A stretch of DNA of 64,000 bases from Thecamonas trahens ATCC 50062 (Eukaryota; Protista; Apusomonadida). The notes beneath the pieces were generated by a model. That model searched no databases. It worked only from the letters and a program-made list of their open reading frames with translations, and was not told the origin of the DNA. The position numbers and the translations under genes are program-made. Location: assembly GCF_000142905.1 (NCBI RefSeq), contig NW_013657670.1, positions 21,856-85,855 on the forward strand, given 5' to 3'. Of the stretch, positions 55,593-64,000 are shown one piece after another (within the stretch, counting starts at the first letter, position 1; each line of letters opens with the position of its first letter).

Positions 55593-56696
55593 ATGGAGCA
55601 AGCTGCGCTTGTTCTCGAGGCCGAGCGCAAGAAGAAGGCGCGGCTTCAGGCGCGGGCCATGCTCAAGCGCGAGGGTGCGGTCAAGGCTGCTCAGAAAGCG
55701 CGGGCCGAGGCCGCGGCGCGGCGGAGGGTGGCCGTGGCCGTGGCCAAGGCCAAGGCGGAGACAGAGGCGATGGAAGCCAAGGCGGCGGTGGCGGCGGTGG
55801 CGGCCAAGAAGGCAGCCAAGGGCGAACGATACTGGCGGCAGCGGGCTACTCGTGAGGCCCGCGAGGAGAAGATGGCCAAGGCCCGTGCCGCCCGGACCGC
55901 CACCCGCAAGGCCATGGAGGCCAAGACCGGCCGCAAGGTCTCGCAGCTTGTTGCTGGCAACGAGTGGGCCCACACCAAGGAGCGCCGGTTTACTGAGACC
56001 CGCACCATTGACGTGGCCGAGATCGACCGCCTTGCGGAGCAAGAGGCGGCTGACCGCAAGCGAAGGGCCGCCCTCGCCAAGGAGGGCGCTCGCAAGCGCG
56101 CCGCTGCTCAGCGCGCCGCTCTCCACCAACTGAAGAAGGCCCGCAATCCAGGGCCAGACTCGCAGCCGCAGCGCCAACCACCATCAGGCGGTCTGCGTAA
56201 GGCCAATTCCAAGTCCAAGCCGAAGCCCAGCCCCAGACCAAAGCCCAAGTTTCCGCCTGGCGCCGGTCTCCGCACCGAGGCATCAGTCCCTAGCCGCAAG
56301 CGGAAGCGTGAGCAGGCCGCGCCACCAAGCAACGTCTTGAATGGGCTCTCCATCTCGTCGTCAGACTCGGAGCCCGACCACCCTCCTGCCCGCGCGGTCC
56401 GCACTGAGCGGTCGCGCTCGCAGTTTACCGATCTCATCACCTCGATCTTCCACCGCCCCGGCAAGCAAGAGTACGCCCGCCAGCAGATGCGCGAGATGGG
56501 CCTCGACGCCGGCTCCGACTCGGACTCGGACATGGATGTTGGCTCATTTGATGCCATTGAGGCCATGGAGCGCCAGACCGCCCGCATCGGCCGTCGCGAA
56601 GACGCCCGCGAGCTCAAGCGCATCCGCGCCGCTGAAGCCGCCGAGCGCCGAGCTCGCGCCGCTCCCGCTAGCCCTCGCAAGCGTTGCAAACGTTGA
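55593..56696 (+). CDS. SPT2: SPT2-like chromatin protein
   Basis: Basic coiled-coil body. C-terminal I.SIF......Y...DSDSDMD..SFDAIEAME..TARIG.REDARE matches the SPT2 histone-binding domain pattern. Confidence 0.7.
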   Translation: MEQAALVLEAERKKKARLQARAMLKREGAVKAAQKARAEAAARRRVAVAVAKAKAETEAMEAKAAVAAVAAKKAAKGERYWRQRATREAREEKMAKARAARTATRKAMEAKTGRKVSQLVAGNEWAHTKERRFTETRTIDVAEIDRLAEQEAADRKRRAALAKEGARKRAAAQRAALHQLKKARNPGPDSQPQRQPPSGGLRKANSKSKPKPSPRPKPKFPPGAGLRTEASVPSRKRKREQAAPPSNVLNGLSISSSDSEPDHPPARAVRTERSRSQFTDLITSIFHRPGKQEYARQQMREMGLDAGSDSDSDMDVGSFDAIEAMERQTARIGRREDARELKRIRAAEAAERRARAAPASPRKRCKR

Positions 56697-56819
56697 TCCT
56701 TATCCCGCTTCGGCCGTCGCAAAGACGCCCGCGAGCTCAAGCGCATCCGCGCTGCTGAAGCCGCCGAGCGCCGAGCTCGCGCCGCTCCCGCTAGCCCTCG
56801 CAAGCATTGCAAACGTTAA
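56581..56819 (+). repeat. Direct duplication of the SPT2 3' end (116 bp, period 123, 5 mismatches)
   Basis: 56581-56696 is repeated at 56704-56819. Confidence 0.95.
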
Positions 56820-56971
56820 CGCCACACCGAGCCGCTGCTGCCGCCTCTTGCCGACTCTCCCCCATCATCTCCCATCCATCACCTCAGTCCACCCCCCCCC
56901 CCCCCCCCCCACCCCCCCCGCCGCGCTCGCTCAACCACCTCACCTCACCTCACCCAACCAAGAACAAAGCG

Positions 56972-59900
56972 ATGGGCAAGGCCAGAGGCAACCCGCGCGA
57001 GCGGAAGAACAAGGTCGTGGCCGCGGCAATGTCTGCTGTCATTGGTTCGGGCTCCCCCGAGTCGGCGAGTCGGTCGGAGGATGACAACGCTGGCTCGTCG
57101 TCGAGCTCGGGCTCAGGCTCCGGCTCTGGCTCAGACGCTGGCCTAGGCCTGGGTCTGGGCTCCGGCTCGGGCTCGGGCTCAGGCTCAGGCTCCGAGTACG
57201 AGAGCGAGTCGGCCAGTGGCAAGAGCTCTGGCTCCGAGATGCACTCGTCGACGGACGGGTCGTACACGGACGACGACGAGTCGTCGGGCATGGGCGACGG
57301 GCTTGGCGAGGTGGGCGATTTTCCCGCTGCGCGTGCTGTGGTGGACTTTATGTCCGGCGCCGACTACGTGTCGGATGAAGAGGAGGTGGACAAGCGCGGC
57401 AAGTCTCGGAAGGGCAAGCGGGTGGTGCAGGGCGGGTTCCAGACCTTTGGCCTCCGGCAGGAGCTCCTCCGGGCCATTCTCCACAAGGGCTACAAGGTGC
57501 CGACGCCCATCCAGCGCAAGGCCATTCCGCTTGCGCTGCAAGGCATGGATGTGGTGGCGATGGCGCGGACGGGATCCGGCAAGACTGCTGCGTTCCTGGT
57601 CCCGATGATCCACCGCCTGCAGCGGCACTCGCTCAAGATCGGAGCCAGGGCGCTGCTGCTCTCACCCACCCGCGAGCTGGCCGTCCAGACGCTCAAGTTC
57701 ACAAAGGAGCTGGCCAAGTACACCGATCTGCGGGCAAGCCTGCTGGTGGGTGGCGAGTCGATCGACTCGCAGTTCACCCAGCTGGCGACCAACCCAGACA
57801 TCATTATCTCGACGCCCGGCCGACTCATGCACATCATCATCGAGGCCAAGCTCTCGCTGGCGGCTGTCGAGTTTCTTGTCTTTGACGAGGCTGATCGGCT
57901 GTTCGAGATGGGCTTTGAGGTCCAGATCAACGAGATCCTGTTCAAAGTCTCCAACAAGCGGCAGACACTCCTGTTCTCGGCAACCATGCCCGAGAGCTTG
58001 GTTGCCTTTGCGCGTGCCGGCCTCCGCGACCCGGCGCTGGTCCGGCTCGACGTCGAGCGCAAGATGTCAGAGAACCTCGGCCTCTCGTTCTTCCTCGTCC
58101 GTAAGGAGGCCAAGATCGGAACGCTCCTCTTCCTGCTCATGTCGCACATTCCCCGCGAGCACTCGACCATCATCTTTGTCTCGACCAAGTACCACGTCGA
58201 GTTCCTGGAGGAACTCCTGGACAATGTCGGCATTCCATGCTCTGCGGCGTACGGAACCATGGACGTAACGGCGCGCAAGATTGCGGTCGGCTCGTTCCGG
58301 ACCGGCAAGGTCAAGGTGCTGATTGTGACCGACGTTGCCGCCCGCGGTATCGACATCCCGCTCCTTGACAACGTCATCAACTTCGACTTTCCGGCCACGC
58401 CAAAGCTCTTTACCCACCGCGTCGGTCGTGCCGCCCGTGCCGGGCGCATCGGCTCGGCGTACTCGCTGACAACCACCGACGACATGCCGTACATGGTCGA
58501 TCTCTTCCTGTATCTCGGACGCAACCTGGCGTGCAAGATGCCCGACGGCGAGACGACGCCCAAGCACGGCGAGGCGTACTACGGCATTGTGCCAGACACC
58601 CTCACTGCAGCCTTTCGCGAAAAGGTGGAGAAGGCCGTCGCCGGCTCGTCTCGGCTCTCCATGCTGGCGGCAACGGCGCAGCGCGCGTACAAGAAGTTCT
58701 ACAAGACGCGGTCATCAGCAGCCAAGGCCTCGGTGGGACGCGCACGCAAGCTCGAGACCTCGGTTATCCACCCGCTGTTTGTGGCGGCGGTGGAGGGCAA
58801 CAGCGACCTGAGCGCGCAACACGACATGATTGCCGCCATCTCGTCGTTCCGGCCCAGGACCACCATCATGGAGCTCGGCCAGACGTCCGAAGTCATGCGG
58901 ATGAAGCGCGAGCACGACCAGGGCTTTATCGCCGCAGGTCGGAAAACGAGGCCATGGCCGACGAAGTCGCCGCTGCTGGCCTCGAAGGCAACGACGACGA
59001 ACAGGAGCCGCTGGTCGAGGGCGAGAACGGCGACCTGTTTGTCGATGAGCGGACAAGCGTGCTGCCCAACGAGCGTGACCGTGCGCTTTACGAGGCCAAG
59101 ATGAACCATATGCTCGCGCTGCGCGCCAAGGCCGCGCAAGAGCGCGAGGCTGTCTCCGGCGGCAAGCCCAAGGTCCGGCTCTCGAAGCGCGCTAAGCGCA
59201 AGCTGGCCAAGGCCGGCCTCGATCCACAGGCGGCCGTGGCGAGCGGGGCTGTTGAGACAGGGCGTAAGAAGCGCAAGACGCTGCTGGCTGAGGAGCAGGA
59301 GAAGTTCTTCATGAACCCGTTCAAGGCCTCGGCCGCGTCCGACGCCGGCCTCGCGGTCAAGACCTCGCGCTCGATCCAGAGGCTGCAGGACGTTGGCGAC
59401 GACCTTGTCCTTAATCTCCTGCCCGAGGACGACGACGCGCTTGTCCGCCGGCGCAACCAGTACAAGTGGAACCGGTCGAAGAAGAAGTACGTCATGGTCG
59501 ACCCCAACGACAAGGGCAAGGACAAGCCGGGCAAGGTTGTTGTCACCGAGTCGGGCGCCAAGATCCGCACCTCGTACACCAAGGACATGTACCAGGAGTG
59601 GCAGAACAAGAGCAAGATCTCGCTGCAGGCGACTGGGACCCGCGAGGATGTCAAGCTCACCCGCCGCCTCCGCGACTCGACCTCTATCGTCCGCATCAAG
59701 CGCAAGGGCAAGATCTACACCAAGCGCGTCTCGAACTTTAACAACGACGCGGCCGCCACCAGTGCACAGGAGCGCCACGCCGCTAAGACTGGCGGCGTTC
59801 ACGGCCGCTCCGTCCGGTCCACCGACGAGATCCGCAAGTTCCGCAAGGACGAGTACAAGAAGAAGCTCTCGCAGCGCGGCCGTGGTCGCGGCCGCGGCCG

Positions 59901-59982
59901 TGGCGGTCGCGGCGGCGGCGGCCGTGGTCGCGGCGGCGGCGGCCGTGGTCGCGGCGGCGGCGGCCGTGGCCGAGGCCGATAA
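56972..59982 (+). CDS. DDX54: DEAD-box RNA helicase DDX54/DBP10; frameshift at about 58943-58946
   Basis: GYKVPTPIQRK, MARTGSGKTAAF, PTRELA, DEAD, SAT, HRVGRAARAG; DBP10 C-terminal W.RSKKKYV...TESGAKI..SY....Y.EW; RGG tail. Confidence 0.95.
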
Positions 59983-60074
59983 ACACAGCCGTAAGACTAC
60001 ACAACTGCCTCATGCCATGATGAGCCTCCACGCGTATCCTTTTCAATCATTTACCACGCGCGCGTGCACCTGGC

Positions 60075-62120
60075 CTACATGCGGCGCTGACGCGAGACGG
60101 CAAAGACCATGGCAGCGGCGCCGGCAATGCGGATGACGGCGAGCGTGCCAAAGAGGACAAGCAAGGCAGTTCCGATACCGCCGTCCGAGTCCACGCTCTG
60201 GATGCGAAGAAAGTCGTCGCCAGTGGGGATGAGGCACGAGCCGCCGGCGCGGTCTGGGCATGAAAAGGTCATGTCCTCGAGCTCCTGGGTTGCCATGCCG
60301 ACCATGGACCAGCGGACCGGGTTGGGGAACCGAAGCCAGCGGAGGAAGACCGGGACCTCGTCGATGGAGACAAGGACACCCGAGAAGATGAGGAGCGGCA
60401 CAATGAGGGCCGGTGCAATGGCGAGCGCAACCTCGGTGGTGCCGGCAAGGGCGGCAACGAGAAAGCCGAGCGCCGAGCCGATGAGCGACATGAGGACAAC
60501 AACAACAACGGCGAGGAGATATTTGTCGACGTCGGAGCGGAGACCGGCCATCCAGTAAACAATAGAGGAGAAGATGGCGGCAAAGATGACCTGGAACGGA
60601 GTGTCTGCGATGGACTTGGCCACAAAGTACATGCCGGCCGAGTACTTGCCATCACTGACTTCGTTGACAGCGACCGAGCGCTCCGATGGGAGCGCGTTGA
60701 CCGAGCCGATGAGTCCAAGCACAAACTGATTGAACCCGATGAGGAAGACCAGGCCGAGCCGGTCCTGCCCGCCGGACTCGCCGCGGTCGAGCTGGAGATA
60801 GACGAGGCCGATGAGGCAGCCAAGGAGAATCGTCTGCCCTATCCGGGCCCGGGTGAGGACCTTGGACCGGATCTGAGTCGTCAGCGAGCGGCCGACGAGG
60901 TGGCGCATGCGGGCAAAGAGCGAAGGCGTCGGCTGGGCAGCGGTCTCGACGAGGGCGTCCGCGAGGTCCGAGTCGGTGCTAGACGCCGTCGACGGCCATT
61001 CGAGCGAGAGCTCGGACGCCTGGCTCTGGTAGGCGTCGACAATGGAGGCGACCTTGTCCGCGCCGTCGGCCGACTTGGCCTCGGCGCGCGGGTCAAGGAG
61101 CTTGAGGATGTGGTCGGCAGGGTTCACGTACTTGCCGACCGGCTCGCGGAGAACGGTCGAGCAGTACGAGGCGAGGGCGTCAACAGGGCCAAAGTAGGCG
61201 ACCCGGCCCGAGGTGGCGAGGACCATGACGTTGTCAAAGAGCGCAAAGGTGTCGATGGCCGGCTGGTGGATGGTAGCCAACACAGTCTTGGCTCGCTTGT
61301 GCGCCAGCGCCCGCAGCCGCGCCACCACCGTGTACGCTGCAGACGCGTCGAGACCCGACGTCGGCTCGTCGAGGAGCATGATCGGCTTGTCGTTGACGGC
61401 CGAGACGGCAATCATGACCCGCTTCCGCTCGCCGCCCGAGATGCCACGCTTGATGCCCGGCTTGCCCACATGCGTGTCCTTGACGTGCCCGATGCCGAGC
61501 GCGTCGAGCACAGCGTTGGTCCGCTGCTTCCGCTCGCCATCGCTCACGCCGCCGAGCGTCATCCGCGCCGCAAAGAGCACAGACTCGTACGCCGACAGGT
61601 CGCCGAGCAGCAAATCGTCCTGCACCGTGTACGAGGCAAGCGCCCGGAACTGGTCTCCATCCGCCCGCGCCCCGTTGAGATACAGCTTTCCGCTGAGCTC
61701 ACTCTTAGACGACGTTGCAATCCGCTGCGCGATGGCGTTGAGCAGTGAGGTCTTGCCCGCGCCTGACGGTCCCATCAGCGCCGTGAGCGTCCCAGCCCGC
61801 GCGTAGCCGGAGACTCCCGACAGGATCCGCCGCTCCGGCGTTTCCTTGGTCGCCTTGATCGCAAACGACATGTTGGAGAAGATGACGTCCACCGGCGTCG
61901 TCGACGGCAGCGTCACAGACTCTTCGTCGCCCGAAAACGACTCGAGCCCCACAGACGTCCCAAGGTAGCGTCCGGGCTCGGACGGCGAGGACGATGACGA
62001 CGACGATGAGCCCGACGATGACGACGAGCCATCAAGAACAACCGGCCTACCTGCCACAGCCGCCGCTGTCGCCGATGACGACGACGATGATGATGACGAT
62101 GACGAGCTCGGTGACGTCAT
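60075..62120 (-). CDS. ABCG (White-like) half-transporter
   Basis: GPSGAGKT, ISGGERKR, LLDEPTSGLD, TIHQP and NPAD, followed by a C-terminal 6-TM domain. The start could lie beyond the N gap. Confidence 0.93.
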   Translation of the reverse strand: MTSPSSSSSSSSSSSSATAAAVAGRPVVLDGSSSSSGSSSSSSSSPSEPGRYLGTSVGLESFSGDEESVTLPSTTPVDVIFSNMSFAIKATKETPERRILSGVSGYARAGTLTALMGPSGAGKTSLLNAIAQRIATSSKSELSGKLYLNGARADGDQFRALASYTVQDDLLLGDLSAYESVLFAARMTLGGVSDGERKQRTNAVLDALGIGHVKDTHVGKPGIKRGISGGERKRVMIAVSAVNDKPIMLLDEPTSGLDASAAYTVVARLRALAHKRAKTVLATIHQPAIDTFALFDNVMVLATSGRVAYFGPVDALASYCSTVLREPVGKYVNPADHILKLLDPRAEAKSADGADKVASIVDAYQSQASELSLEWPSTASSTDSDLADALVETAAQPTPSLFARMRHLVGRSLTTQIRSKVLTRARIGQTILLGCLIGLVYLQLDRGESGGQDRLGLVFLIGFNQFVLGLIGSVNALPSERSVAVNEVSDGKYSAGMYFVAKSIADTPFQVIFAAIFSSIVYWMAGLRSDVDKYLLAVVVVVLMSLIGSALGFLVAALAGTTEVALAIAPALIVPLLIFSGVLVSIDEVPVFLRWLRFPNPVRWSMVGMATQELEDMTFSCPDRAGGSCLIPTGDDFLRIQSVDSDGGIGTALLVLFGTLAVIRIAGAAAMVFAVSRQRRM

Positions 62121-62208
62121 GGGAACCACTTTGACCGGGATGATGTACTCTTTGCAGAAAGGAGTGATTAGAGAAGATGGAACCGGAGGAACCAATGGGG
62201 GGGGGGAT

Positions 62209-62502
62209 ANNNNNNNNNNNNNNNNNNNNNNNNNNNNNNNNNNNNNNNNNNNNNNNNNNNNNNNNNNNNNNNNNNNNNNNNNNNNNNNNNNNNNNNNNNN
62301 NNNNNNNNNNNNNNNNNNNNNNNNNNNNNNNNNNNNNNNNNNNNNNNNNNNNNNNNNNNNNNNNNNNNNNNNNNNNNNNNNNNNNNNNNNNNNNNNNNNN
62401 NNNNNNNNNNNNNNNNNNNNNNNNNNNNNNNNNNNNNNNNNNNNNNNNNNNNNNNNNNNNNNNNNNNNNNNNNNNNNNNNNNNNNNNNNNNNNNNNNNNN
62501 NN
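62209..62502. other. Assembly gap (N run)
   Basis: Ns in the sequence. Confidence 1.
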
Positions 62503-62923
62503 CGTGGAGAGTAGCTGGTGGCAAAGAGGAAAGAGGGTAAAGAAAGAGTGACCTTTACGGCGTTTTTAGGTGTTCGCCTGCGGCGAATTGGGCGGTGGCA
62601 TGCGGCCGAATAGAACGATGGAGTGGGGGAGTGGGGGAGTGGGGGGGGGGGGAGGGGGGGGGGGGTGCGCGCAGAAAAAAATTGTCCCGAGAGGGACCAC
62701 AGCCCGGGGGGGCGGGGCGTGGCAGCGGAAAGAGCTCGAATTGACTCCCTCAGCAGGCGAGGCGAGGTCAAGAGCGAGGGACGAGCAACGGCGAGGCAGC
62801 TCACTCACTCACGCCTACACTCGGACTTTGGCGTCTTCGCCATGGCAACTCGGCCCGAGCACCTCCGCGTCCGGCCGCCGGCCATTGTCCTGCCCGAACT
62901 TGACGGCGGTGCAGGTGATGAGA

Positions 62924-62993
62924 GAGGCGCAGGAGCTAGTGGAGGCGCAGGAGCTAGTGGAGGCGCAGGAGCTAGTGGAGGCGCAGGAGCTGG
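62924..62993. repeat. 18-bp tandem repeat GAGGCGCAGGAGCTAGTG, about 4 copies
   Basis: Visible directly. Confidence 0.85.
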
Positions 62994-63096
62994 CGGGAGC
63001 GATGGCGAACGTGGTGGAAGCGGGCAGAGTGACTGGCGAGATGAAGAGATCGAGGAGATGCTGCGGGCACCGGCATCGCCAGACGTAGAGGCAAGG

Positions 63097-64000
63097 ATGA
63101 AGAAGGCGCTGTACGCGCGGTATCCGCCGGGGCGATCGTTTGCGGAGCAGTACGCGCTCGAGTCGCGAGTCAATGCCTCTGCTCGGCAGAACCGAGCCAT
63201 CTACGCCGCGATTCGGCTGAAAGACGGAGTGCAGGTGGCAGTGAAGGTCATTTCCAAGACATATCCTCGCCAGCTGGCTCGAGACGAGATCGATGCCCTC
63301 CGACGTGAGGCGCTTATCCAGATTGCCGTCTCGCGCCACCCGCACTGCGTCACCCTCCTCGACTACTTTGAGACCAAGAAGAAGATATACATTGTGATGG
63401 AGTACATGGATGGTGGAGATCTGCTCGACTTTCTCGGCTCGCGCCCAGGCTCGCGGTTTACCGAGGGTGACGCCCGTGCACTGCTCGGCACCCTCGCCGG
63501 CACTCTCGCCTGGCTCCACGGCCACTCGATCTGTCACCGCGACCTCAAGCCGTCCAACGTGCTGCTGGTGTCGGTGCCCGAGGGCACCGATCTCGTCCCG
63601 GGCTCGTTGCCTGGTGGATGCCTCGAGGGCTACGTCGTCAAGATCTCTGACTTTGGCCTCTCCACCTTTCTCACCTCGGCCATGACGACGCCGGTCGGGA
63701 CGCGGTCGTTTGCCGCACCGGAGCTCCTTAACTGGTCGGCAGCAGCGTCGCCGGTGGCCGGCTCGTCACCGCCAACATCATTGGGCAGGCGGCAGAGCTC
63801 GACGGCATACTCGGAGGCTGTCGACATCTGGTCGTTTGGCATCATCATGTACATTGTGCTCATCGGGACCATGCCGCCAACGCCGCTTGCCTTCCCGCCG
63901 TTCGCCACGGCCCCGGTTTCGAACGAGGCCAAGGCCCTCATCTCGGCGCTCATCCATCCGGACCCGGCTGAGCGGCCGAGCGCGGTGCAAATACTGTCCT
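63097..64000 (+). CDS. CAMK-group Ser/Thr kinase, truncated by the window end (absent from the ORF track)
   Basis: Manual translation gives VAVKVISK, RHPHCVTLLDYFET..KIYIVMEYMDGGDL, HRDLKPSN, KISDFG, TPVGT..FAAPE, YSEAVDIWSFG and DPAERPSA. Confidence 0.88.
   Translation, partial: MKKALYARYPPGRSFAEQYALESRVNASARQNRAIYAAIRLKDGVQVAVKVISKTYPRQLARDEIDALRREALIQIAVSRHPHCVTLLDYFETKKKIYIVMEYMDGGDLLDFLGSRPGSRFTEGDARALLGTLAGTLAWLHGHSICHRDLKPSNVLLVSVPEGTDLVPGSLPGGCLEGYVVKISDFGLSTFLTSAMTTPVGTRSFAAPELLNWSAAASPVAGSSPPTSLGRRQSSTAYSEAVDIWSFGIIMYIVLIGTMPPTPLAFPPFATAPVSNEAKALISALIHPDPAERPSAVQILS

Overview
This is gene-dense, GC-rich, intron-poor eukaryotic (protist) DNA. The GTACG(T/C) splice donors and gene content fit an apusomonad such as Thecamonas, but the taxon is inference. 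The window holds about 30 protein genes, one tRNA-Pro(UGG), two minisatellite arrays (36 bp and 44 bp), a short tandem duplication and a ~294-nt N gap. Recognisable genes include tomosyn/Lgl, NDUFAF7, mS37, GAR1, a JmjC oxygenase, a nucleoside hydrolase, MAP2K, a receptor TKL kinase, RUS1, MATE, a front-end desaturase, RPC3, a CDK5-like kinase, GCN2, SmgGDS, SPT2, DBP10 and an ABCG transporter. The best hidden signal is a deiodinase-like selenoprotein (21495-22529) that the ORF track splits in two. It has an in-frame UGA in the motif GSYS-U-PP and a well-formed type-2 SECIS element 35 nt after its stop codon. Other notable items: a GCN2 whose 'pseudokinase' slot holds an apparently intact MEKK-like kinase; a stand-alone P4-ATPase P-domain protein; a sugar-binding-protein/kinase/cyclase-like/pseudokinase receptor; and a claudin-like gene split by a minisatellite-filled intron. 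About eight genes carry single-base frameshifts, nearly all at homopolymers, which are most likely sequencing errors. All family calls come from motif recognition by eye; no database search was run.
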